A stretch of 64,000 bases of DNA, taken from positions 1 through 64,000 of IMG/VR virus record IMGVR_UViG_3300044655_001596; one strand, written 5' to 3'. The position numbers and the translations under genes are program-made. Below, in pieces: positions 39,246-47,683 of the stretch. The notes under the pieces were generated by a model. That model had not been told where the DNA came from and ran no database searches. It saw only the letters and a program-made list of their open reading frames with translations. Each line of letters starts with the position of its first letter. Within the stretch, counting starts at the first letter, position 1. Source of the DNA: a virus.

Positions 39246-40153
39246 TCAACAGTCGCGACGAGTGGAGTCCACTAAAACGCATAGTAGTAGGAGATGCTAC
39301 TCATGCCAACTGGCCTGTACTGGATCCTGTATTCTCCAAAGAGAGTGAAAAGACCACCTGGAAAGAAACACCTGTTCCTCGCGGGCCTGTTCCACAACGA
39401 ATCATAGATGAAGCAAACGAAGACTTGGATGGTCTGGCAACGACTCTGATGAGCCTGGGCGTAGAAGTGTTACGTCCGGATCCACTCAACTTCCAAGTCC
39501 ACGATGGCATGTACAACTACTGCCCGCGTGATCGTTTGTTGGTGTACGGCAACAGCATTGTGAACCCTGCCATGATGTATCCTTGTAGAGATATGGAACT
39601 GCAATGCTATCATGACATTGTGGACGAAGCAGAACACTACCACTTCATGCCCAGACATGAAGGATTTGTATTGGATGCAGCCAACGTATGCAGACTGGGC
39701 GATCAGATGTTGTTTTTAGAATCCGCATCAGGTAACCGCAAAGCCTACAATTGGTTGTGTGATGTGTTCCCAGATGTCAAAATTGAATTGTGCAATTTTT
39801 ATGCAGGGGTACATATTGATTCTACCATTGTGCCCTTGCGTGAAGGCCTGGTGTTACTCAACAGTTCGCGTGTGAACTTTGATACGGTACCACAAGTGTT
39901 TGATGGTTGGCACAAGGTTTGGGTAAACGAAGTGGTGGCACAAGGTTTTCACGAGTACCCATATGCATCAAAATGGATAGCAATGAACATGTTGGTAGTT
40001 GATCCACACACGGTCATCTGCGACAAGAATCAAACTGAATTAATTCGAACACTCCGAAGTTACCAATTTGAAGTGATACCTTTGGAATTACGCCATTCAC
40101 GCACTTTGGGCGGTGGTTTCCATTGTGTTACACTAGACCTAGAACGCGGTTGA
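39242..40153 (+). CDS. amidinotransferase (glycine/inosamine-phosphate type)
   Basis: EWSPL, CPRD, DAAN, HIDST, GGGFHCVTLD; ATGA overlap. Confidence 0.88.
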   Translation: MINSRDEWSPLKRIVVGDATHANWPVLDPVFSKESEKTTWKETPVPRGPVPQRIIDEANEDLDGLATTLMSLGVEVLRPDPLNFQVHDGMYNYCPRDRLLVYGNSIVNPAMMYPCRDMELQCYHDIVDEAEHYHFMPRHEGFVLDAANVCRLGDQMLFLESASGNRKAYNWLCDVFPDVKIELCNFYAGVHIDSTIVPLREGLVLLNSSRVNFDTVPQVFDGWHKVWVNEVVAQGFHEYPYASKWIAMNMLVVDPHTVICDKNQTELIRTLRSYQFEVIPLELRHSRTLGGGFHCVTLDLERG

Positions 40154-40184
40154 CTAATATTCAAAAATGCTGTATAATTACAGC

Positions 40185-41225
40185 ATGACTACACCTATTA
40201 CTCCTCGTATCGGCTTTTGTTGCAAATGGCTCAATGATCCCACGGAATGTGGTGGTATGAAAGTCAATGCCAAAGACCGTGATCTAAACGGGCGTTCCAC
40301 TACCATGCGCTGGCTTCGTGAGCACAAGGACGAAGCTGAACAGCGTCAGTGGGACATTATGAATCACAATGCGTCAGCGGCTGTGAAGATGATTGAGCGT
40401 GTGGGCACATTGCCTCCTGAACGGCGCATGGTGCGTCTAGGCAGTGAGATGCTACAAGGCTACACTGAGAAAGATTGGATTGACTGGTGGCAACGACGTG
40501 AAATTCAAGATCACTGCGAACAAATTTTTAAACCGGTGGGCGATACTGCTCGGAGGCTTGGCGTTCGGCTTTCCTTCCATCCAGGGCAATTTTGTGTACT
40601 AGCAAGTGAGAGTGATGAGATTGTGGAACGATCCATCCTCGAGTTTGAATACCATGCTGATATGGCACGGTGGATGGGCTACGGCGAGACCTGGCATGAT
40701 CATGGATTCAAGATCAACGTACACTTGTCAGGCAAAGGCGGCCCTGCTAAGTTTTTGCAAACACTCAAGCGATTGAGTCCCGAGGCTCGCAACCTCATAA
40801 CTATCGAAAATGATGAGATGACAAATGGATTGGACACTACTTTGGCTGTGGCTCAGCATGTGGCTCTTGTGTTGGACGTACACCACCACTGGATCAACAC
40901 CGGCGAATACATCGAACCGCAGGACGTTCGTACAAGTCGGGTTATTGACAGCTGGCGCGGTGTTCGTCCTGCAATGCATTTTAGTACTAGTCGCGAGGAC
41001 ATTTTGGTCGACCATGTTCGAACAGTTCGACCAGACCTTGCTGAACTTCTTGCTAGAGGTTTTAAAAAGCAGAAGCTCCGAGCACACAGTGACTTCTGTT
41101 GGAACTCAGCTGTAAACGACTGGGTCTTGGGCTTTAGTGACCAGTTCGATATACAAGTAGAAGCCAAGGGCAAGAACTTGGCAAGTGAACAACTTTATGA
41201 ACAATATACTTCTCAACATCTTTGA
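40185..41225 (+). CDS. uvsE: UV damage endonuclease UvsE
   Basis: RIGFCC, RLSFHPGQF, INVH, IENDE, LDVHHH, AHSD, EAKGK; TTGACT-N17-TATAAT 6 nt upstream. Confidence 0.9.
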   Translation: MTTPITPRIGFCCKWLNDPTECGGMKVNAKDRDLNGRSTTMRWLREHKDEAEQRQWDIMNHNASAAVKMIERVGTLPPERRMVRLGSEMLQGYTEKDWIDWWQRREIQDHCEQIFKPVGDTARRLGVRLSFHPGQFCVLASESDEIVERSILEFEYHADMARWMGYGETWHDHGFKINVHLSGKGGPAKFLQTLKRLSPEARNLITIENDEMTNGLDTTLAVAQHVALVLDVHHHWINTGEYIEPQDVRTSRVIDSWRGVRPAMHFSTSREDILVDHVRTVRPDLAELLARGFKKQKLRAHSDFCWNSAVNDWVLGFSDQFDIQVEAKGKNLASEQLYEQYTSQHL

Positions 41226-41484
41226 TTGGATACGCAGTGACTACAGAACTAACCCGTTTAGGTTCGTCGTGGAAGTACTGGCTTGGGCTGTGTCTATTGG
41301 GTGCAGTATTACGATGGCTGCCACTGTACCTAATCCCCCTCTCGTTGTACTTTACCCTATTTGGATTGCTGGTTGTGCTATGTACGCTTGGGCTGCTTGG
41401 ACTCGTAAATCGTTTGGTATGTTGGCCAACTACATTCTTTTAGTCAGCATCGATACTGTGGGTTTGCTACGCATGATTTTGTAA
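41197..41484 (+). CDS. small membrane protein
   Basis: Three hydrophobic segments. Confidence 0.7.
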   Translation: MNNILLNIFDWIRSDYRTNPFRFVVEVLAWAVSIGCSITMAATVPNPPLVVLYPIWIAGCAMYAWAAWTRKSFGMLANYILLVSIDTVGLLRMIL

Positions 41485-41500
41485 CAAAATTGTAACATGA
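41479..41500 (+). promoter_or_regulatory. Pho box (PhoB-type site)
   Basis: TTGTAAC direct repeat with 11-bp period directly upstream of pstS. Confidence 0.7.
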
Positions 41501-41537
41501 TTTGGCCTAAATACTTGTGAACTACAAAGGAGAAATC

Positions 41538-42539
41538 ATGTTCAAACACTTACTGACATTACTGGCCGCTTTCACAGTGGTTACAGCACAAGCACAGTCG
41601 ACCATCAACGGTGGTGGAGCAACATTCCCAGCTCCTCTCTATTCAAAGTGGGCAGAAGCCTATCACAAAGCCACTGGCATTCGTATCAACTATCAGAGTG
41701 TGGGTTCGGGCGCCGGTATTAGAATGACTGAAGCACGAACAGTGACATTTGGTGCTAGTGATATGCCGCTTACAGATGACCGATTGGCCGCCCTGGGTGT
41801 GTTTCAATTCCCCACATGTATTGGCGGTGTGGTGCCTGTTATCAACATAAAAGGTATTGAGCCTGGTTCCATGCGTTTGACTGGCCCGGTGATAGCCGAT
41901 ATCTTCTTGGGCAAAATTAAAAAGTGGAACGATCCTGCAATCACAGCATTAAATCCCACGCTCAAACTGCCAGATCAAGAAATTACAGTAGTTCGCAGAG
42001 CCGACGGGTCAGGCACCACATTTATTTGGACCAACTATCTCAGCAAGGTCAGCCCAGAGTTCAAAGCCACCATAGGCGAAGGCACAGCAGTTAACTGGAA
42101 GGTGGGCGCCGGCGGTAAAGGCAACGAAGGTGTTGCCGCCATGGTTCGACAACTGCCAGGATCCCTGGGTTATGTTGAATATGCATACGTTACACAAACC
42201 AAAATGAACTGGGTCAGCGTACAAAACTCAGCTGGTACTTGGGTAGCACCTACTGAAGATGCTTTTAAGGCAGCCGCCGCTAATGCTGATTGGAATCGCA
42301 CCTACTTTCAAATCTTAACAGATCAAAAGGGTCGCGATGCTTGGCCCATTAGTGGTGCTACATTTGTTCTGGTACATCTCAAGCCAGAAAAACCTGAAGA
42401 TCTCAAAGCAGCGTTGACATTTTTTGATTGGGCATTTACCAACGGTGACAAAATGGCTGATGACCTAGATTATGTTACATTGCCGGCGGCAGTCAAAACC
42501 AAGATTCGTTCAGACTGGAAACGTCTAGGATTGAATTAA
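41538..42539 (+). CDS. pstS: phosphate ABC transporter substrate-binding protein PstS
   Basis: GATFPAPLY, YQSVGSGAG, FGASD, RADGSGTT, GKGNEGV, WPISGAT. Confidence 0.97.
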   Translation: MFKHLLTLLAAFTVVTAQAQSTINGGGATFPAPLYSKWAEAYHKATGIRINYQSVGSGAGIRMTEARTVTFGASDMPLTDDRLAALGVFQFPTCIGGVVPVINIKGIEPGSMRLTGPVIADIFLGKIKKWNDPAITALNPTLKLPDQEITVVRRADGSGTTFIWTNYLSKVSPEFKATIGEGTAVNWKVGAGGKGNEGVAAMVRQLPGSLGYVEYAYVTQTKMNWVSVQNSAGTWVAPTEDAFKAAAANADWNRTYFQILTDQKGRDAWPISGATFVLVHLKPEKPEDLKAALTFFDWAFTNGDKMADDLDYVTLPAAVKTKIRSDWKRLGLN

Positions 42540-42543
42540 ATCG

Positions 42544-42581
42544 ACCACAACGATAGAGTGGCGCTGGAACTCGTAACCAGC
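42544..42581 (+). ncRNA. two-hairpin element with possible loop-loop pairing
   Basis: CCAC/GTGG and GCTGG/CCAGC stems; loops contain ACGA and TCGT. Confidence 0.35.
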
Positions 42582-42584
42582 AGG

Positions 42585-42612
42585 TACCCCAAAATTTTTG
42601 GGGTATTTTTTT
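42585..42612 (+). terminator. Rho-independent terminator
   Basis: TACCCCAAA/TTTGGGGTA plus T run. Confidence 0.8.
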
Positions 42613-42652
42613 GTCTGTGTTTAATGATTTGCGCACAGGCTTAAATATCTAT

Positions 42653-42817
42653 ATGAGTTGGTTCAAACGAATTCCACACCGTTATCCCCCAGCCCCGCCT
42701 GCCTCTGCTCCGCATAGAACTAGTCCTGCTACTGATCGGGCACTAGAAGAGTCCAAGTCGCTGGGTCCAAAAACCCGTAAGAAAACTGTCAAAAAGCCCC
42801 CACTAAATAAGGCATGA
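42653..42817 (+). CDS. small basic Pro-rich protein
   Basis: ATG 5 nt after TAAATA. Confidence 0.5.
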   Translation: MSWFKRIPHRYPPAPPASAPHRTSPATDRALEESKSLGPKTRKKTVKKPPLNKA

Positions 42818-43488
42818 AACCCACCATAGCCCTATTCCTGCACGACCCCAAGTGTAGTGTACAAAGCGGTAATGGGCTCATGCGAGCCCTGGGCGATCAC
42901 TACAAGTTCAAAATATTCGGGCGCAATCAGCTGGAAGACACATTTTTTGAAGATGTAGACATGGTTGCTGTGCCCGGCGGTATTGGTGACGCAGACACCT
43001 TTGACGGGCTGTTCAAACACAGTGCCGAACGTGTGAGGCAATTTGTTGACGGTGGTGGCCGGTATCTAGGAATCTGCATGGGCGCATACTGGGCAGGAAG
43101 CGCATATCTTGACATCTTGGATGGGGTAGATGCAGTACAATATATCCGCCGCCCGGGAACAGACACACGCAGACCACATGCCAAAAACTTGCCTGTGTTA
43201 TGGCAAGATCGTTATGGAAGTGTTGAGCCTTGGAAGATGTTTTTTTATGATGGGTGTGCGCTGGTGGGAGACCGTACCAAGTTCAAGACTCTGGCCACGT
43301 ACATGAATGGCGACGCCATGGCAATTATACAAAACAACATTGGCCTAATAGGATGTCATCCTGAAAGTGAACAATTCTGGTACGACAGTTACTCATGGAT
43401 GCGTGGTCGATATCACAGAGGACAACACCATACCCTGTTGTTGGACTTTGTAGATCAGTTAATGCACACGAAGCCGAGCAAGCCTTAA
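42814..43488 (+). CDS. BPL_N / class I glutamine amidotransferase-like protein
   Basis: VPGG, GGRYLGICMGAY, GCHPE. Confidence 0.8.
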   Translation: MKPTIALFLHDPKCSVQSGNGLMRALGDHYKFKIFGRNQLEDTFFEDVDMVAVPGGIGDADTFDGLFKHSAERVRQFVDGGGRYLGICMGAYWAGSAYLDILDGVDAVQYIRRPGTDTRRPHAKNLPVLWQDRYGSVEPWKMFFYDGCALVGDRTKFKTLATYMNGDAMAIIQNNIGLIGCHPESEQFWYDSYSWMRGRYHRGQHHTLLLDFVDQLMHTKPSKP

Positions 43489-44166
43489 CAGTCTAAACAG
43501 GCTGAGCCACATCCAGCCTATGTCAAACTCCCACCACTTTTTAGAGAGGCGGGCACTCGCTGGTTCCAGGTGGTGGTTGTTGTGCAACTCTTCGCCACCA
43601 ATAACAATACCCCAAGGGCTAATATTGCGACTATGATCTTTAGTTTTGCCATTACGATATCCTATCCAATGTCCTACACCGTTGATGACTCCAGCTGCCC
43701 AGAAAGGAATCCACAGCATCTGAATGCCCCAAATCAACACTCCCCACCAACCAAATATCAAGACATCTAGCATAAAGAGAATGCCAATGCCAAGTCTAGA
43801 GTGAGGCTGGTATACGTGAAGCTCCATCCAATCAGCAGGAGTACCAACACCATATGTATTAACCATATCCGTATCTTTTGATGCTTCATGATATAACCCT
43901 GCTCCTTTAAAAAACACTCTTTTGATTCCATACACATGTGGTGAGTGTGGATCTCCATCCGCATCGCTAAATCTATGATGTTTGCGATGTATGGCCACCC
44001 ACTGTTTGGTTACCATGCCTGTGGTCAACCATAACCAGGCTCGCATAAAGTGTTCAAGTATGGGATGAAATTCTATGCCTCGATGTGCTTGGCCACGATG
44101 CAAATACAACGTGACACAAACGATAGTAATGTGTGTCATTGCCAGTGTTGCGATTAGTTCTGTCAT
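43459..44166 (-). CDS. membrane fatty acid (delta-9-type) desaturase
   Basis: His boxes HRGQAH, HRKHH, HNNHH; DPHSP; WWEFDIGW. Confidence 0.92.
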   Translation of the reverse strand: MTELIATLAMTHITIVCVTLYLHRGQAHRGIEFHPILEHFMRAWLWLTTGMVTKQWVAIHRKHHRFSDADGDPHSPHVYGIKRVFFKGAGLYHEASKDTDMVNTYGVGTPADWMELHVYQPHSRLGIGILFMLDVLIFGWWGVLIWGIQMLWIPFWAAGVINGVGHWIGYRNGKTKDHSRNISPWGIVIGGEELHNNHHLEPASARLSKKWWEFDIGWMWLSLFRLLRLARLRVH

Positions 44167-44178
44167 AGTTTATTTAAT

Positions 44179-44199
44179 AAAAAAGCCCCTTTCGGGGCT
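44179..44199 (-). terminator. Rho-independent terminator
   Basis: AGCCCC-GAAA-GGGGCT followed by T run on - strand. Confidence 0.8.
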
Positions 44200-44202
44200 G
44201 AT

Positions 44203-44454
44203 TTATTTTGCAGGAGTTTTTCGTGTTCGTGTTGGTCGAGCCGTTGTGGGTTTGGCAGCTGGGGTTGTTTTGGGTTTAGCAGGTGCTCTTGGTTTTTTAA
44301 TAGGCACAGGTGCTACCACTGAAGCTGGTTCCGATGCTGTTTCGATTGGTTTGGGAAACGGCCAATCGGTACCTGGCGTTTCAATTTTGTAAGGTGCCTT
44401 GGTCTCCACTGCTGTTGGTTTGCCAAAAAAGAATTCTTTAATTTTTTGAAACAT
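44203..44454 (-). CDS. small Lys/Pro/Ala-rich histone H1-like protein
   Basis: AGGAG RBS, late TAAATA; C-terminal KKPRAPAKPKTTPAAKP. Confidence 0.65.
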   Translation of the reverse strand: MFQKIKEFFFGKPTAVETKAPYKIETPGTDWPFPKPIETASEPASVVAPVPIKKPRAPAKPKTTPAAKPTTARPTRTRKTPAK

Positions 44455-44516
44455 AATGTTCTCCTATGTTGTATTTAACAATTTAGTGACCATTCACTAG
44501 GAAAAACCACCGTTTT

Positions 44517-44549
44517 ATATTGCATTGCAACAAGATTGTCATATATAAT
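44517..44549 (+). promoter_or_regulatory. phasin promoter overlapped by a PhaR-like box
   Basis: TTGC-ATT-GCAA palindrome over the -35 (TTGCAT), TATAAT at 44544. Confidence 0.5.
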
Positions 44550-44609
44550 AGTACATAGGACGCTGGATAGGCCGGGTCCTATAGTAAACTCGCTTAATAG
44601 GAGAAACAC

Positions 44610-44888
44610 ATGTTTACAGCAGACGCATTCATCGACACCGTTCAAACCGGTAAAAAAACTTGGGTCAACACTTTTGTGACCAATGAGGCCATGAAAGACG
44701 CAATGATCAAATTCGTTGACAACCAAGCCGACTACACCAAAAAAGCCATCAAGGCTACCACAGACGCCGCAACCACTGTTGCCAGCGAAACTGTCAAAGC
44801 TGTGCAAGAAGCTACCAAATTTGACTATGTGAAATTTGGCGAAGGAATCATGAAGGCTTACACCGCCCAGTCATCTAAATCAAAGTAA
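44610..44888 (+). CDS. phasin-like (PHA granule-associated) protein
   Basis: Small amphipathic Ala/Thr/Lys helical protein, FID..Q..KK..V..F pattern; upstream TGC-N3-GCA. Confidence 0.55.
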   Translation: MFTADAFIDTVQTGKKTWVNTFVTNEAMKDAMIKFVDNQADYTKKAIKATTDAATTVASETVKAVQEATKFDYVKFGEGIMKAYTAQSSKSK

Positions 44889-44905
44889 TACTCTAGTACT
44901 ACTTT
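44882..44905. promoter_or_regulatory. 24-bp near-palindrome AAAGTAATACTCTAGTACTACTTT
   Basis: Same motif as 24707-24723. Confidence 0.65.
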
Positions 44906-44910
44906 TTGAC

Positions 44911-44932
44911 AGCCCCAGATTTTGGGGCTTTC
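44911..44932 (+). terminator. stem-loop/terminator preceding early promoter
   Basis: AGCCCCA..TGGGGCTTT. Confidence 0.7.
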
Positions 44933-44934
44933 TC

Positions 44935-44963
44935 TTGACCAATAATTCGTCATCTGCTATAAT
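44935..44963 (+). promoter_or_regulatory. phage early promoter
   Basis: TTGACC-N17-TATAAT. Confidence 0.78.
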
Positions 44964-44972
44964 TACTGCATT

Positions 44973-45125
44973 ATGAAGCCAATCCATTTTGTTTTGCAGG
45001 CTCCCCGAGAGCGTCGACATCGTGCCCTGTTTGATCAGGACTTGCCGTTCCGCGGTCGTGTGGAGCGGCCAAAGACCGAGTATCGGCGCAGACCCAAACA
45101 CAAGAATCGCGAGCAACAAGAATGA
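44973..45125 (+). CDS. ArfA-like basic micro-protein (50 aa)
   Basis: ..ALFDQDLPFRGRVERPKTEYRRRPKHKNR resembles ArfA LFRxRVExxK..Y.RKxKH; absent from ORF track. Confidence 0.55.
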   Translation: MKPIHFVLQAPRERRHRALFDQDLPFRGRVERPKTEYRRRPKHKNREQQE

Positions 45126-45367
45126 AACTTATTGCACCTCTATTGCTGTCGTTGTTGGTGGGTTGCGCTTCGCAATCTTACACACCGCCACCTTCTGTTG
45201 CGGCCATGCCCAATGACTGTGCCAACCGGCAGGCAATCATCAGTTGGTTAGAAACACAAGCCCGAGTTCCTCGTCAAGCATTTGAAAGTGAGAAGCACTA
45301 TGAACAAACACGCTCGCAGATTCGCCACCGTTTGTGGCATGTGCGTTATAACTGTCAGCCTGTTTAG
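45122..45367 (+). CDS. lipoprotein
   Basis: Lipobox LVGC. Confidence 0.7.
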   Translation: MKLIAPLLLSLLVGCASQSYTPPPSVAAMPNDCANRQAIISWLETQARVPRQAFESEKHYEQTRSQIRHRLWHVRYNCQPV

Positions 45368-45623
45368 TGGATGTGCAACTCATCCAGATGTCACACGCAT
45401 ACCCATGGCCACAATAGATCTCAATCACTTTCAAGTTGATTGTAGGATCAAAGATCAACAGGTGGCCATGTTGCAAGCCATGCGCCAAACACCCAACGAA
45501 CAATTTGGCAGTCGCATGCGAGCCATGAATCCTTTTGTTTGGACCAGTGATCATGATGTGGCATTCAACAATCCCAACAAGTACATCAACTACCATCTCA
45601 ACAATTTGAGGTATTGCCCATGA
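45300..45623 (+). CDS. lipoprotein
   Basis: Lipobox-like FSGC. Confidence 0.65.
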   Translation: MNKHARRFATVCGMCVITVSLFSGCATHPDVTRIPMATIDLNHFQVDCRIKDQQVAMLQAMRQTPNEQFGSRMRAMNPFVWTSDHDVAFNNPNKYINYHLNNLRYCP

Positions 45624-46180
45624 AACGACTGCTAATTGCCGCATTGATACCTGCCAGTGTACTGGCGTCCGAGTGTGTGTTGCAGGATCGAACCGTGACT
45701 GCCAGTGCAGTTCGCATTGAAGAACGATCTGGTCTTCGCGAAGATGTTGTTCCTGCACCCGACGGAGGCCGTAGATGCATGGTCAATTTTAAAGCACGAG
45801 TTGGTGCCACTTGGTATTGGGCACAAGGCCATTATGATTGGCCCGGCGATCGCCCACGTGGTGAAGCCTGTGCTGTGGCTGTGTCGCGAGCCGAAGATTC
45901 AGTTCGAACACAAGTGGCGCCCAGTCATGTGCGTAGTGAAAAGGTAATGGTGTGTTCGGACCAACGCGATCTGGAACTGCTTCGCAGTACCAATCCCGGC
46001 AGCGTAGGACGACTGCACCAATTTCGTCCGCATCCAGACTTTCCGCGAGAGTTTTGGCACAATGGTGCTCGCTGTCGCTGGTTTTTGGATAGCACTTTTC
46101 GACATCAAGATGTCTACACCTACCAAGGCGTAATTTGCCAAATCCAAAAGGATCAATGGGTAGTGGTTGACAAGTTTTGA
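45620..46180 (+). CDS. secreted Cys-rich protein
   Basis: Signal peptide MKRLL..VLA, six Cys. Confidence 0.7.
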   Translation: MKRLLIAALIPASVLASECVLQDRTVTASAVRIEERSGLREDVVPAPDGGRRCMVNFKARVGATWYWAQGHYDWPGDRPRGEACAVAVSRAEDSVRTQVAPSHVRSEKVMVCSDQRDLELLRSTNPGSVGRLHQFRPHPDFPREFWHNGARCRWFLDSTFRHQDVYTYQGVICQIQKDQWVVVDKF

Positions 46181-46229
46181 TCATTTGTGTATAATAGAAG
46201 TATCGTGTAACTAACCTGAAAGGTTTTGT

Positions 46230-47048
46230 ATGTTAATCAAACGTTTATCTGTCCTAGCAGTGGCCACAAGCCTTGTGGCATGTGCAAGCACAACGGCACA
46301 AAAAGCCGAAACTGTGGCTCCCGCTCCGGTGACCCGTGTGGTTGAAATAGCACCGCAAGTGGCGCCTGCACCACACCCTTATGCCTTGCCTGAACGGCAA
46401 GTTCGCACAGTGGTACGAGCTCCTGCTTGGTTCGTGAACTTGCCCGAAGATACCGCAGACATGACCTTTGCTGTGGGCACTGCAACATCAACGGATGAGC
46501 AAATGGCCTACGACAAAGCACGTATGGCTGCAGAGCGCAAACTGGTTGAGCAGATGTATGCTAGAATTACCACACAGACCAACAGCTTCAAAGCTGATCG
46601 TGGCAGTGCAACAATTGAAAACTACCAGCAAGTCACACGCAAAAATGCACGTGGTGAGCTGAGTGGTGCTCAACGAGTAGACAGTCAAGTCACACATGAT
46701 GGGCAATACTACAAGGTCTATGTACTATTGCGATTGCCTACAGGCGCCAACAACACAATGCAAACACGTCGTGATCAACAACGTCTGCAACGTGAAGCAG
46801 AAATCCGCGGTCGCGCCGCAGAACGCAACATGGACGCAACCGAAGCTCGTGATGCGCAGATTGAGCAAGAAAATACTCGCTCACTTGAGCGTAGTCTTGA
46901 ACCCCAGAGCAAAGTTACCCCTGTAACTGTACCCACAACGTCTGGAGAACTTAAACTGCTGGATGTTGACAACGCTGAATATCGGCAAAAAAGGGCAGAA
47001 GCACTACAAAAACCTGGTGCTGTAGTAGGACAAACAGTAGTTAGATAA
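46230..47048 (+). CDS. LPP20-like lipoprotein
   Basis: LVAC lipobox, APAWF, AVGTATS.D...A..KA; own TTGACA/TATAAT promoter. Confidence 0.72.
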   Translation: MLIKRLSVLAVATSLVACASTTAQKAETVAPAPVTRVVEIAPQVAPAPHPYALPERQVRTVVRAPAWFVNLPEDTADMTFAVGTATSTDEQMAYDKARMAAERKLVEQMYARITTQTNSFKADRGSATIENYQQVTRKNARGELSGAQRVDSQVTHDGQYYKVYVLLRLPTGANNTMQTRRDQQRLQREAEIRGRAAERNMDATEARDAQIEQENTRSLERSLEPQSKVTPVTVPTTSGELKLLDVDNAEYRQKRAEALQKPGAVVGQTVVR

Positions 47049-47107
47049 GCCCAAAAACGGCGTATAAATAAAAGCGGTGCTAAAAACACCGCTTTCTCCA
47101 CTTTAAA

Positions 47108-47683
47108 ATGACCATTGAAACCACACAAACAATTGAGCAGACTCACACCCAAGCCTTGGCCGACAACGGTATGTATGTTTTCATGGGCGAGGTTGACAAT
47201 GACAACATCAAACCTATAATTGAATGGATCCTGCACGAGAACTTTGTGACCAAGAGAAAACGCAAAGAACTCTTGCTGATGATTTGCTCAGAAGGTGGGG
47301 ACATGAGTTCGGCATTTGCCTTGATTGATGTCATGCGCAGTTCTGTCATTCCAATCAAAGTTGTGGGACTGGGGCAGATTGCCAGTGCTGGATTATTGAT
47401 CTTTTTAGCAGGAACACCGGGTCGTAGAACGCTCACTCCCAATACATCAATCATGAGTCACCAGTATGCCTGGGGCAGTGATGGCAAACATCACGAGCTG
47501 TTGGCCACAATTAAAGAGTTTGAGCTAACACAAACCCGTATGGTACAGCACTACATAGATTGTACAGGGTTAGATGAAGCCCAAATCAAGCAACACCTGT
47601 TGCCACCGCATGATGTTTATTTAGGTGCAGACGATGCCTTGCGTTTGGGCATTTGCGACCATATCAGCCAACTGTCTCGTTAA
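47108..47683 (+). CDS. ClpP-like protease (divergent)
   Basis: ICSEGG, QIASAG, IMSHQ, DVYL.A.DAL.LGICD. Confidence 0.85.
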   Translation: MTIETTQTIEQTHTQALADNGMYVFMGEVDNDNIKPIIEWILHENFVTKRKRKELLLMICSEGGDMSSAFALIDVMRSSVIPIKVVGLGQIASAGLLIFLAGTPGRRTLTPNTSIMSHQYAWGSDGKHHELLATIKEFELTQTRMVQHYIDCTGLDEAQIKQHLLPPHDVYLGADDALRLGICDHISQLSR

